This document shows, one piece after another, positions 9,283 through 18,829 of a stretch of DNA of 64,000 nt. Where the stretch lies: positions 1 through 64,000 of the forward strand of contig JBFRWI010000002.1 in assembly GCA_051439505.1 (NCBI GenBank). The letters run 5' to 3'. This DNA is from Hormoscilla sp. (GTDB lineage Bacteria > Cyanobacteriota > Cyanobacteriia > Cyanobacteriales > Desertifilaceae). Each line of letters starts with the position of its first letter. Position 1 is the first letter of the stretch. The notes under the pieces were generated by a model. That model worked only from the letters and a program-made list of their open reading frames with translations, did no database searches and had not been told where the DNA came from. The translations under genes were made by a program, and so were the position numbers.

Positions 9283-10992
9283 TCAGAAACCGAGGTCTTC
9301 TAGGGCCTCGGCAGCTGCGGCAAAAAGGGCCTCATCGGGCAGATCGGACCAGGAAGTTTCGCCAATTTCGCGATAGAATGTCTGGTCGTAGGGACGGGTC
9401 TGCACGACTACCGGCATGGGAACGGCATGGCCCAGAATGAGGGCCTGCTGCTTGGAATCGAGTTTGGCCAAAACGGAACGCAAATTACCTCCTCCAGAAA
9501 CTCCTGTGAATATCGCCTCTATATCTTTTTCGTCGTTGAGTAGGGCAGTTATGCGAGTGCCAATTTGAGACATGACTTCTTTATCGATCCCCGAAGGCCG
9601 CTGATCTACTACCAGTAGGGTCACGAAGTATTTCCGCATTTCTCGGGCGATCGTGCCGAAAATGGTTTGACTGGCGATGCTGGGATCCAGGAAGCGATGG
9701 GCCTCTTCGATGGTAATTACTAGAGGACGGGGGCGATCGCCGGGTTTTTTGCTTTGTAAGAACCGGTCGGCCTTGCGGACGTAAGCATGGTGAATGCGGC
9801 GGGTAATCATATTGGTGGCCAACATATAGGAGATGAGGTTGGACTGAGAACCGAATTCCACCACTACATGCTTGCCAGCGTCCAGAGACTCTAAAATTTG
9901 ATTGATATAATTGTGACCGCTGAAGTTCCGCAGGTATTTCAGACCCGTCAGGCGATTTAGTTTCCGCTGCAAGGCCGCGATCGAGGTTTTGCTGCCATTG
10001 TTTTCTTTACAAAATTCCTCGATATCCAGGTTACTCATTTCTAGCAGTTGCACGATCCAATTGTCGCCACAATGATTCCGCAACAGCAGGGCACTGTCCA
10101 GGCTAGCTTCCGAGAGATTTAACTCCCTTTTAACCAAAGTTAAATCTTCAACTTCAATTTGATTAAAGCCGAGGTACAATTCTTGAGCATCTCGAATGCC
10201 TCGCCGTCTTGTCGATTCCGGATCGAGGGTATATACTATCACCTGGCCGGGAAATAGCTGCCGCAAGCCCTTGGCCGTGGCGAAGGATTTTCCTTCACAA
10301 ACGGCTTCCCACCCATATTCCGAGTGCATGTCAAAAATCAGATTCACTGCCACTTGCTTGCTAATGATGCCAGATAGCAGCAGCCGGGCGAGAAAGGATT
10401 TTCCCGTACCTGATTTGCCAAAGATGCCATTACTCCGTTCTACAAATCTGTCTAAATCTATACAGACTGGTACGTCCATATCAATTGGTTTCCCGATCGC
10501 GAAGTTGCGGCGTCCGGGGTCATCTTCCCAGCCAAATACGGCCCGAAAGTCATATTCTGAGGCATCATATACTTGGCTGAAATGGCTGGGAATAGTTTTG
10601 ACTGGCGTTAAATCTAGGTCGATGCTGGTTTGGGCCTGAAAAGATGCTAGAGGGGATTTGCCATTTTTCTCCCGGACAAAATTATCTTTTTCCCCCATTT
10701 TGGGGGTGAACATTAACATTGGGGTGAGGTCGATCGTGCCATAGGTGCTGCTTCCGGCCAGGACTTCCTGCAAGAAGCTATTGTCAGGTTCGGGGGGGTT
10801 GGCGAGAATTCTGTTGCTAGAGGTGCCCAGGGCGACGTCCGTGACCAGACAGAAAAACCGCGACCTTCTTCCCTGCACTACCATAAATTTTCCCACCCGC
10901 ATTTCTTCGACTGAGACATCGGCGTGCAGTCGCACTTCTAATCCCTCAGACAAAGACCCTTGAATTACTGAACCTAGTGGCTTTTTTGTCAT
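9283..10992 (-). CDS. herA: HerA-family ATPase (N-terminal barrel + DUF87)
   Basis: Walker A GKSGTGKS, FDMHSEY, Walker B ITIEEAH, REMRKY, DQRP. Confidence 0.8.
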   Translation of the reverse strand: MTKKPLGSVIQGSLSEGLEVRLHADVSVEEMRVGKFMVVQGRRSRFFCLVTDVALGTSSNRILANPPEPDNSFLQEVLAGSSTYGTIDLTPMLMFTPKMGEKDNFVREKNGKSPLASFQAQTSIDLDLTPVKTIPSHFSQVYDASEYDFRAVFGWEDDPGRRNFAIGKPIDMDVPVCIDLDRFVERSNGIFGKSGTGKSFLARLLLSGIISKQVAVNLIFDMHSEYGWEAVCEGKSFATAKGLRQLFPGQVIVYTLDPESTRRRGIRDAQELYLGFNQIEVEDLTLVKRELNLSEASLDSALLLRNHCGDNWIVQLLEMSNLDIEEFCKENNGSKTSIAALQRKLNRLTGLKYLRNFSGHNYINQILESLDAGKHVVVEFGSQSNLISYMLATNMITRRIHHAYVRKADRFLQSKKPGDRPRPLVITIEEAHRFLDPSIASQTIFGTIAREMRKYFVTLLVVDQRPSGIDKEVMSQIGTRITALLNDEKDIEAIFTGVSGGGNLRSVLAKLDSKQQALILGHAVPMPVVVQTRPYDQTFYREIGETSWSDLPDEALFAAAAEALEDLGF

Positions 10993-11096
10993 TTTTTTCT
11001 TGCTAATTGTTCATGGCTAATGGCTAATTGTTCATTTTCCCATTCACTATTAGCCATTAGCCATTAGCCATTAGCCATTAGCCATTAGCCAAAGCC

Positions 11097-11888
11097 TTAT
11101 TCTATCTCAATTGATGTTGGAGATGGGTTGCTAGATGCTGTGGGTGATAAGGGGCGGCGATAGTCGGCATAGAGGCGATCGCGCCAGGTAAAGAAGGTTT
11201 CGTACATGGGCTCGTCTGCTAAACCCGGGACCCCTTTACCTTTGAGCCTTGCGGGCATATCCAGATATGGTCCATCGGGGAATTTAATATACATACTCAA
11301 CCCTGCCACTGCGAAATCTGCTAGTGTGGGACGGTTGCCCACGAGATAGGAATTATCTACCAATAGCAGACTCAGGGCTTCTAGGTTTTGCTTGAGAATG
11401 TCACTGGCTGATTTGACTTCATCAGGACCTGCACCTACCCCAAAACCCAGAAAATCGAGCAATTCCCTTGGTATTGCTCCTACTATACCTTTGATCGCGT
11501 CGGGCGTCGTGCTGGGCAATACTGATGTCCGCAGGTCTTGGTTTTGGCTGAGACCTCCATATAGGGCTTTACGACTCAATATCCCTAGGGATGAGTCTGC
11601 CCATTCTTCCATCATCAAGCAGAGTCCTCGTTCTCTGGCGTCCGTGGGAATTATTGGTTTCTCTGGATATTGTCGGTCGAGATACATGGCGATCGCCGTT
11701 GAGTCTGCCACCACCGTACCTGCATCCTCGATCACTGGCACCTGCCGCTGACCGGATATTTTGAACACTTCTATCTGTCCTACCCCGGGGGTTACTTCTA
11801 TTTTCCGGTATTCCAGCCCCTTGTAATCTAGAATCAGCCGCACTTTCTCTGAGTATGACGACAGCTCAAATTGGTACAAGTCTATCAT
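11097..11888 (-). CDS. Glutathione S-transferase family protein
   Basis: LYQFELSSYSEKVRLIL, QVPVI..ADSTAIAMYLD, YLVGNRPTLADFAVA. Confidence 0.9.
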   Translation of the reverse strand: MIDLYQFELSSYSEKVRLILDYKGLEYRKIEVTPGVGQIEVFKISGQRQVPVIEDAGTVVADSTAIAMYLDRQYPEKPIIPTDARERGLCLMMEEWADSSLGILSRKALYGGLSQNQDLRTSVLPSTTPDAIKGIVGAIPRELLDFLGFGVGAGPDEVKSASDILKQNLEALSLLLVDNSYLVGNRPTLADFAVAGLSMYIKFPDGPYLDMPARLKGKGVPGLADEPMYETFFTWRDRLYADYRRPLSPTASSNPSPTSIEIE

Positions 11889-12091
11889 TTTTTCTCTCCC
11901 GATCTCTTGATGCTTTACTTGCTGTGGGTTTTCCCTAGCACTCTACTCTAACATCTTATATCCATTTGCTTTCCTTAAGAAATGTTAAATTCACTGAAAA
12001 TTTGCCTGGGTATTCGAGGGGAACTCCAGTAGGCGGCGTCCGGACTGGGATTTGTGGCAGAATCGGAATATCCGGTTGAGGGAAGCATCTG

Positions 12092-13570
12092 ATGATTGGA
12101 AAAACGCTGGCTGGACGCTACCACATTATCCGCCATTTGGCAAGAGGAGGTTTCGGCACGACTTTTGTGGCTGTCGATCGGCTGCGTCCGGGGAACCCTG
12201 AGTGCCTGGTGAAGCAATTTCAGCCGACGGGGACGGAGGATCCCCAGACGTTGCAGGCGGCCAGGCGGTTATTCGATCGGGAAGCGGAAACTCTGGAAAG
12301 ATTGGGAAACCACGACCAAATTCCCCGACTGTTGGCTCATTTTGAGGAAAGTCAGCAGTTCTTTTTAGTGCAAGAGTTGATTGTGGGCCAGGACCTGGGT
12401 AAAGAAGTGAATGCTGGGGGACGGTGGGGGGAAGAACAGGCGATCGATCTGTTGGCGGAGGTTCTGGAAGTTTTGGTGTTCGTGCATCAGCAGGGGGTAA
12501 TTCACCGAGATATTAAGCCGGATAATTTAATCAGACGGGCGGCGGATGGTAAGATTGTTTTGATTGATTTTGGGGCGGTTAAGCAAATTAGAACGGTACA
12601 TTTGCTCAGGTTGCAGAGTGCAACTATAATTGGTACTACTGGCTATATGCCTGCCGAACAAAATAATGGCAACCCTCAGTTGGCTAGCGATGTCTATGCG
12701 GTGGGAATGCTGGGTATTCAAGCCCTGACGGGTATTTTTCCTCACGAGTTACCTAGAGACCAAAAGACTAGCGAGGTGGCCTGGCGATCGCGGGCCCGGG
12801 TGAGCGATCGCACGGCCCAGGTATTAGATAAAATGATCTGCTATGACTACCGTCAGCGCTACAGATCGGCTACCGAAGCATTGGCAGCGGTGCGGGAGTT
12901 GCAAAGTGCGATCTCTTCTACTATGCTATCACCTCAGCCACCGCCGGGATGGTTCTGGTTAAAATCACAGATAATTGCGATGATAGCATTATTTGTAGGT
13001 ATTATCTTTGGCATCGCTACGGCGATGAAATTGCCAGAAGTGAGGGGATGGTTGGGATGGGATGGGCCGCGACCTATGGCGCCACCTCCACCCGGTCCAG
13101 AAGAGGAAAGGTGGAAGACCTATCAGCATGATAATTATCGGTTCCGGATGCAATATCCGCAAGATTGGGTCCGAGAAGATGTTGAAGACCCCTTGACTGC
13201 TACTGTAGTAATTTTTGTGAATTATCGTCACGGTGATGGGCGGTACCCAAAGGCGATCGTGCAGGTTGAGGAGTTGAAAAAAGCCATGTCTTTGGCAGAA
13301 TACAGTCAGTCATCTGTTGCGGAAATTCAGCAGTTTCTCAAGCAAGCAGAGATTTCCGGGCCGATGAAAACTACTCTGGGGAACCGTCCGGCATATAAAT
13401 TAGTTTATCGGGGGATGGATGGAGACAAAAGTTTACAGAAAATGGAGGTGGGGATGGTGAAAAATGACTTGGTTTACGTGATTACTTATGAAGCGGCAAG
13501 CAGTGACTATTCTCAGTTCGAGCAAACTGCACAGGAAATAATTGATTCTTTTGAGTTATTGGAGTATTAG
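12092..13570 (+). CDS. Hanks-type Ser/Thr kinase with TM helix and C-terminal PsbP-like domain
   Basis: LARGGFG, CLVK, HRDIKPDN, DFG, GTTGYMPAE; TM; WKTY...FRMQYPQDW...VYVITYEA. Confidence 0.9.
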   Translation: MIGKTLAGRYHIIRHLARGGFGTTFVAVDRLRPGNPECLVKQFQPTGTEDPQTLQAARRLFDREAETLERLGNHDQIPRLLAHFEESQQFFLVQELIVGQDLGKEVNAGGRWGEEQAIDLLAEVLEVLVFVHQQGVIHRDIKPDNLIRRAADGKIVLIDFGAVKQIRTVHLLRLQSATIIGTTGYMPAEQNNGNPQLASDVYAVGMLGIQALTGIFPHELPRDQKTSEVAWRSRARVSDRTAQVLDKMICYDYRQRYRSATEALAAVRELQSAISSTMLSPQPPPGWFWLKSQIIAMIALFVGIIFGIATAMKLPEVRGWLGWDGPRPMAPPPPGPEEERWKTYQHDNYRFRMQYPQDWVREDVEDPLTATVVIFVNYRHGDGRYPKAIVQVEELKKAMSLAEYSQSSVAEIQQFLKQAEISGPMKTTLGNRPAYKLVYRGMDGDKSLQKMEVGMVKNDLVYVITYEAASSDYSQFEQTAQEIIDSFELLEY

Positions 13571-13627
13571 CATTGCCCGCGATCGCCCTTGTCTGGTGGC
13601 GTGAGGGGGGCGAGCGGGTGGGGGTTG

Positions 13628-14053
13628 AGAAACCGGGTTTCTCAGTCAAATCTTGGTGTCGATGCGAAAATTATCAAAGAAACCCGGTTTCTGGTCTGGT
13701 GGCGTGGGGGCGATCGCGCGGGAGTTGAGAAACCGGGTTTCTGAGGAAAATCTCGGTGTCGATGCGAAAATTATCAAAGAAACCCGGTTTCTTCGTCAAA
13801 GGTCGGTCTTGCACCAGTTGGTAAAGAAACGGTAGATTATATGGGTGAGGAAAAGAAATGTAGGGGCACGGCATCAACAGATTATTGGTAAATCTTATCA
13901 ATGTAATACCGCCGTGCCCCGGCGCGATCGCCCGGACGCAATGGGTCGCGATCGCCCCCCGATCGCCCCCCGATCGGGTGGTCCGAGGAGAAACCGGGTA
14001 ATGTAGGAAAATCTCGGTATTGATGCTAAAATTATCAAAGAAACCGGGTTTCT
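13628..14053. repeat. Three ~65-bp units bounded by AGAAACCGGGTTTCT/AGAAACCCGGTTTCT palindromes, mixed with other repeat fragments
   Basis: Units at 13628-13692, 13728-13792 and 13989-14053. Confidence 0.85.
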
Positions 14054-14099
14054 GGTTTCACCGAACAAGTATCGTTGATTTTTAGTCAGGTAAACACAG

Positions 14100-14339
14100 A
14101 TGAACGCCAAAATCGTGGATGTTTCCGAAGCAGCACAGCAGCTATCTGAATTGCTGTCACTCGCTTTGGACGGAAATGAAGTCATTATCGCCAAGGACGG
14201 ACAACCATTGGTGAAATTGGTGAAGGTTGCTTCTCCCAGTCAAAAACCCCGCGTCCTGGGTTTAAACAGAGGGGAAATGTGGATGAGTGAAGATTTTGAC
14301 GAGCCGATAAATGATGATCTTTTTACAGTGTTTAAATGA
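14100..14339 (+). CDS. Phd/YefM-type antitoxin
   Basis: VSEAAQQLSELL...GNEVIIAKDGQPLVKL...LGLNRGEMWMSEDFDEP; ATGA overlap with a PIN gene. Confidence 0.85.
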   Translation: MNAKIVDVSEAAQQLSELLSLALDGNEVIIAKDGQPLVKLVKVASPSQKPRVLGLNRGEMWMSEDFDEPINDDLFTVFK

Positions 14340-14482
14340 ATTTACTGCTGGATACGCATACTTTTATCTGGGCGTCTGTAACACCAGAAAAGCTGTCCGA
14401 TCCAGTTAGGAACTTACTGCAATACAATGCTAACACTATCATCTTGAGTCTGGCAAGTATTTGGGAAAAGACTTGGTTTTGA
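14336..14482 (+). pseudogene. vapC: Truncated VapC/PIN toxin (48 aa)
   Basis: Manual translation MNLLLDTHTFIWASVTPEKLS...SLASIWEKTWF*; stops just after SIWE. Confidence 0.8.
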
Positions 14483-14601
14483 CAAGCGATCGGCTGTACT
14501 TTGGAGGATAGCCTGCAACCGATTAATGACCTCAGCAAGGGTGGGTGGTGTTTGAATTTAAAACATGGTTGTGTTTTCCTTCAGGGGAAGAGAAGACATT
14601 A

Positions 14602-15681
14602 TTACCAGCTTATTGGAATTACGCCCGATCTAGCTTCTAATAGTCCTCTGATAAATTTTTGGGGATCGTCTGAAGGCTTAAGTAGTAATAACACACCCTC
14701 TGTTGTACATCTCTGGTTTCCAGATTCTCGAACGCAAATAACCGGGTAACCATCAACTATTCCATGACCTATATACTTTAGCATCTCGTTTTCGTAGTAA
14801 AACTCGAATCTAGCAGATACAGCCTCACACATTTTCTCAGGAGTAAAGCCATAAGCACTATAATAATCTGAAACCCAAATAATTAGTGGTCGATCTCCCC
14901 TGGCAGTTCTAAATATTGTTTGGGGTCGATCATTATTATATTTATCGTAGTAGAACATAGCAGAATCAGAGCCTGATGTTGAAGTGTTAACTGCTGGTAG
15001 CGCTAGTAATTGTTCCCAAGTATTTCTGGCTGTCAAAAATCTGCTAATCGGAATCCCCAAATACAAACCCACTGGCCCTGTAATCGAATCACCAGCCGCT
15101 CTTCCATTAATCCCCACCACCTGACCCTGCTCGTTCAGCAGTGGACCACCACTCATCCCTTTGTAAGTACCAATATTGGAGTAGACTAAGGCATAGCCAC
15201 CATCTTCAGAACCTGACAGTATACTCGTAATCTTCCCCTCAATAAACTGATAGCTGCGTTCATTAATTCCTGGTATAGGATTGAGCCAACCAGAGACATA
15301 CACAGACTGATTTCGAGAGACATTTTCCGAATTACCTAACTCAGCCACACGGTAGCTTTGGGTACTGGTGAATTGTAACCTTGCCAAGTCTAAACCAGAC
15401 ATTTCCTGGCGATAGTTAACCCTGTGTCGCTTGCCATCGGAAGTCTGAATTACATAGTCCCCCGCATTGTCTACCACGTGCCAGTTGGTGAGGACTGTGT
15501 AATCGTTCCCTTCCCGCTTCACAATCACTCCAGATCCACCTGCTTTTGGTCCATCGATGCGAACGGTAATTTCTTCGGCAATGGTGCTGACATCCTGCGC
15601 TACCGCCACGGAGAATGGCAGTTGCGCTGCTACCATTGCTGTACCGACTAACGCTGCTGACAGTCTATAGGGAAAATTCAT
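14602..15681 (-). CDS. Secreted trypsin-like serine protease (subtype B) fused to a C-terminal COP23 domain
   Basis: Signal peptide; VLTNWHVV, LDLARLQF, GMSGGP; C-terminal RTARGDRPLIIWVS...FTPEKMCEAVSARF...GYPVIC aligns with the neighbouring COP23 proteins. Confidence 0.85.
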   Translation of the reverse strand: MNFPYRLSAALVGTAMVAAQLPFSVAVAQDVSTIAEEITVRIDGPKAGGSGVIVKREGNDYTVLTNWHVVDNAGDYVIQTSDGKRHRVNYRQEMSGLDLARLQFTSTQSYRVAELGNSENVSRNQSVYVSGWLNPIPGINERSYQFIEGKITSILSGSEDGGYALVYSNIGTYKGMSGGPLLNEQGQVVGINGRAAGDSITGPVGLYLGIPISRFLTARNTWEQLLALPAVNTSTSGSDSAMFYYDKYNNDRPQTIFRTARGDRPLIIWVSDYYSAYGFTPEKMCEAVSARFEFYYENEMLKYIGHGIVDGYPVICVRESGNQRCTTEGVLLLLKPSDDPQKFIRGLLEARSGVIPISW

Positions 15682-15739
15682 GGTTCTACCTCCATTGTCG
15701 TTGTTGGGTTTCGTACCTCAACCCAACCTACACTATAAT

Positions 15740-15964
15740 TCATTTCTCTTGCTGTGGTATATCAAGATTATCGCTCATCTGCTGACGAATTGCAGCTATA
15801 ATTTTGGCATCAAAGTCGGGGTCGATCGCGGTTGTGATGACTTTAGGCGATCGCGCTCTGCGGCGATCGAGGTAAGCTTTGAATGCCGCTTCATCGTGAC
15901 GATGTTCGAGAAAGTATCGCCTTAACTGCTGGTCTGACATTGTCACATAGTCAATTTTACTCAT
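15740..15964 (-). CDS. DUF6887-like small cyanobacterial protein
   Basis: MSKIDYVTMSDQQLRRYFLEHRHDEAAFKAYLDR. Confidence 0.7.
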   Translation of the reverse strand: MSKIDYVTMSDQQLRRYFLEHRHDEAAFKAYLDRRRARSPKVITTAIDPDFDAKIIAAIRQQMSDNLDIPQQEK

Positions 15965-16205
15965 TACAGTACCTTGTGGAGTGGGGTGTGGTCAAAACCC
16001 GTTGATACTCTCCCAGTCGCCGGATCCCCCCCAAACCCCCCCTTCCAAAAGGGGGGGCAACCGGCGCGCCCCCCTTTTTAAGGGGGGTTTGGGGGGATCC
16101 TCTGCAACTACTTTTGACCACACCCTGTGGAGTGACTTCAAATTCCAGTTTTTCCTTGTTACCTGCCAGGATGAATAGATAATGAAGTGCGATCGTCAAC
16201 ACAAA
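15965..16205 (-). pseudogene. DUF6888-like remnant: 5'-truncated, frameshifted, MITE-interrupted
   Basis: CVDDRT/(+1 nt)/HYLFILAGNKEKLEFEVTPQG can be reconstructed by hand. Confidence 0.6.
15984..16125. mobile_element. 142-bp MITE with 14-bp TIR GGGTGTGGTCAAAA and 9-bp target-site duplication TGTGGAGTG
   Basis: TIRs at 15984-15997 and 16112-16125; TSDs at 15975-15983 and 16126-16134; internal GGATCCCCCC..GGGGGGATCC hairpin. Confidence 0.9.
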
Positions 16206-16207
16206 AC

Positions 16208-17125
16208 CTACTCAATACAACTTGTTGCTGCTTCTGCATCATCTCTCATCTTCCTAATCAATTCACGAACATCCCGCCTCCTGTATAACTCTCTCATCCG
16301 CCCTCGCCATTCCGAATCATCTGGAGAAAATTGCACGTCCTTGAGTGTCAATTTCGGAGCCTTCTCCATCACTGTTTCAATGGGAATGCCGAAGCTAGAA
16401 CGGGTAATAAATTCCTGTAAAGCTTGACAAGGTTCCGTGCCATCCTGATAATATTCCGGCGCATCCCAGAGGGGATAGGCGTGAATGCCATTAATCGCCA
16501 CTAATTCACCTCTCAAATTGAGCACCGGTCCTCCACTCATGCCCTTTTGCACGTAACTGGTATACCCGATGCGATAGCCATCTTTTAATTCCCTGTCCAT
16601 CACGATCGAGACCCGACCTTCTCTGAGAACAAATCCTGTAAACTCCTGCCCTAGTTCGGAGGCATTAGCCGGTGGATTTTCGGCAACTGCAAACGGAAAC
16701 CCGGCGGAAAATACTTCATCTCCTATTTGCAGAGTTGACGCACGGCCCAGCTTGGCTACTTCATAGACGGCACCCCTGCTGCGGAACTGCAATAGAGCCA
16801 AATCATACTTTTCAAAGTTAACTGTTTCCACGACTTCCGCTATATATATCTCGCCATCCGCTGTTTTAATCTCATAGGGAACCACCCCTGCTCTCAGTAC
16901 ATGGCTATTGGTAACAACAGTATAGACTAAACCTTGCTGCTGAATCAATATTCCCGACCCTAAAGTGCCGTCCGAAAGCACTTTAACTGTAATTGCCTCA
17001 GCAGTCCTGTATAGGCGATCGAATACTAGGCGCGATCGCACGTCATCGGGAGTCAAAACCCGGGCATTGGGCACATCTGCTTGCATGGCAATTAATAAAC
17101 TGCCGATACAGGCCAACAGCATCAT
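16208..17125 (-). CDS. Secreted trypsin-like serine protease, no PDZ (subtype A)
   Basis: VVTNSHVL, YDLALLQF, KGMSGGPVLN; start moved to MMLLACIG to avoid overlap with the upstream COP23 gene. Confidence 0.88.
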   Translation of the reverse strand: MMLLACIGSLLIAMQADVPNARVLTPDDVRSRLVFDRLYRTAEAITVKVLSDGTLGSGILIQQQGLVYTVVTNSHVLRAGVVPYEIKTADGEIYIAEVVETVNFEKYDLALLQFRSRGAVYEVAKLGRASTLQIGDEVFSAGFPFAVAENPPANASELGQEFTGFVLREGRVSIVMDRELKDGYRIGYTSYVQKGMSGGPVLNLRGELVAINGIHAYPLWDAPEYYQDGTEPCQALQEFITRSSFGIPIETVMEKAPKLTLKDVQFSPDDSEWRGRMRELYRRRDVRELIRKMRDDAEAATSCIE

Positions 17126-17165
17126 TGCCCGAGATTTTCCGCGAACCCTACTGGGCCAATATTTT

Positions 17166-17753
17166 TTACCAGAGTTCTTCAAGGTCTTCACTAGGGGTTT
17201 CCTGAACAGTTGCCTTATTGAGAAAAACATCAATATCAACGTAAGCTTCCCCATCCTCATAGAAAAGGAGGTCATCACTCAGCATCAAAGGTTCCTCCCG
17301 ACTGCGATAGCGCAAATCTGTCATTTGCTGTAGGACATCTTTAGGGTCACTTTCCGGTTCCAGCGTGACCAATACATCTTGTTCCCGGCAAGAACCGCCC
17401 TCGCGACTGGCAACGCAAATGACTGGATAACCATTGACATTTCCCGTTCTCATGTAATTGAGCATACCATTTTCGTAGTACCGCTGGAATCGTTGGGATG
17501 CCTCCTCACAGCGGTCCTGGGGAGTCCAACGGGGATTCTTAATCCAATTTGAAACCCAGTGTATCATGGGGACATTTCCCCGGGCAGTGCGAGCCATACT
17601 TGTCGGCACTTCCCCATATCTCGAATTAATATCCCTCCCGCAAAAGAACCCCCGGGTTTGAGCATCGCTAGGCCCTGTGGATATAGTTGCCGTTGCGCCT
17701 AGGGCCAGTGCCAATCCCATCAGCACTCGGACAAATAAGCGTTTGCTAGTCAT
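17166..17753 (-). CDS. Secreted COP23-domain protein
   Basis: Signal peptide; FFCG...VPTSMARTARGNVPMIHWVS...WTPQDRCEEASQRFQ...NGYPVIC...GGSC. Confidence 0.88.
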   Translation of the reverse strand: MTSKRLFVRVLMGLALALGATATISTGPSDAQTRGFFCGRDINSRYGEVPTSMARTARGNVPMIHWVSNWIKNPRWTPQDRCEEASQRFQRYYENGMLNYMRTGNVNGYPVICVASREGGSCREQDVLVTLEPESDPKDVLQQMTDLRYRSREEPLMLSDDLLFYEDGEAYVDIDVFLNKATVQETPSEDLEELW

Positions 17754-17851
17754 TTCACCCTCCGTCAACTCCGACGATCGGTCAATTGCTCTTCTCCAGT
17801 ATACTCCGCACGAGCATAAATTGTGCTTTTTTCTCATTCCCTTCAGCTTCC

Positions 17852-18505
17852 TTATTCAGCGGACTGAAGAGGTTCCTGGTTGAGGAAAACTTCCATATCG
17901 AGGTATGCTTCCCCATCCACATAGAACAGCACCTCATCTTCAGACAACAATTCTTCCTGCAATAATAAAGATTCTCTGCTTACTCCATCGGGGTTCTCAT
18001 TCTCTTCCTGTTCTCTAACAGCAGTTTCAGACCCATCGTAATTCAATTCTAATATTTCACCACGAGCGCGACGGCGCAAATCCGTCATTTGCTCTAGAAT
18101 CAAAGCTGGGTTCCTTCCCCATTTTAGCGTCACCAAGACATCCCGGGGACGACAACTACCCCCCGTACTCGTGCCAACGCAAATTACCCGGTAACCGTTA
18201 ACAATTCCCGTGCGCATGTACTTGAGCATGCCATTATCGTAATACCGCTGGAATCTGTTGGCGATCGCCTGACAGCGGCGTTGGGGAGTCCATCCCGAAT
18301 TGCTAGCCCAATAGGACACCCAGTGGATCATCGGCACATCCCCCCTAGTCGTGCGGGCGATCGTTGCTGGCACGGTGGTGTCGTATCTGTAATTATAATC
18401 CGTTCCACAGAAGAACTGTTGTTCTTGAGCCTTGCTAGGGGTAGTTGCACCTAGGACGAGGGCCAATACCGCCAGCATTTGCACAAATAAGCCTTTGCTA
18501 GTCAT
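17852..18505 (-). CDS. Secreted COP23-domain protein (tandem paralog)
   Basis: Same 4-Cys pattern; AAGGAG RBS; acidic C-terminal insertion. Confidence 0.88.
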   Translation of the reverse strand: MTSKGLFVQMLAVLALVLGATTPSKAQEQQFFCGTDYNYRYDTTVPATIARTTRGDVPMIHWVSYWASNSGWTPQRRCQAIANRFQRYYDNGMLKYMRTGIVNGYRVICVGTSTGGSCRPRDVLVTLKWGRNPALILEQMTDLRRRARGEILELNYDGSETAVREQEENENPDGVSRESLLLQEELLSEDEVLFYVDGEAYLDMEVFLNQEPLQSAE

Positions 18506-18761
18506 GTCACTCTCCTTGAAAAGATGGGCCCCACCGGGTGAGGGCTCCTTAGCCATTATAGCATCACGGCTGCATCTGTTCCGCAAGCATCTATCTGTAG
18601 GGGCGAAGCATTTCGGCGATCGCTTCCCTCATCAATTTACATATTTTCTCTCGAAATGATTCCCCCGTGCTTAGCGTGTTCTGCACCCTCTTGCACCATT
18701 TAAAAAAAATTATACAATTACTTTTGAAATTATTTATTATTCTGTTTTAACCGACACAAAG

Positions 18762-18818
18762 CCGCGTTACCTGGCTCCCGCCTGGTAACGCGGGGGTTTG
18801 AACCCCCGGCGGGCTAAC
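18762..18818. repeat. Palindromic repeat CCGCGTTACCTGGCTCCCGCCTGGTAACGCGG plus GGGTTTGAACCC hairpin
   Basis: Related copies near 27925, 31955, 33781, 44605 and 49350. Confidence 0.7.
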
Positions 18819-18829
18819 TATTCCTCATT

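Noticed and set aside
9283..10992. HerA as part of an anti-phage system (e.g. Sir2-HerA)
   Set aside because: No adjacent effector gene; neighbours are housekeeping genes and the gene carries host-typical HIP1 sites
13590..14053. ~65-bp repeats at 100-bp period, considered as a CRISPR array
   Set aside because: The units are too long, the intervening sequences resemble each other, and no cas genes are present; this is a palindromic repeat family
13653..14194. Short ORFs containing KKPGF/RNRVS/ETRF motifs
   Set aside because: Translations of the AGAAACCGGGTTTCT repeats
14602..17125. Annotating the proteases as HtrA/DegP
   Set aside because: No PDZ domains, and GMSGGP rather than GNSGGP
17126..17278. 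N-terminal extension of the protease ORF to 17278
   Set aside because: Overlaps the 3' end of the COP23 gene; a signal-like start exists at 17125
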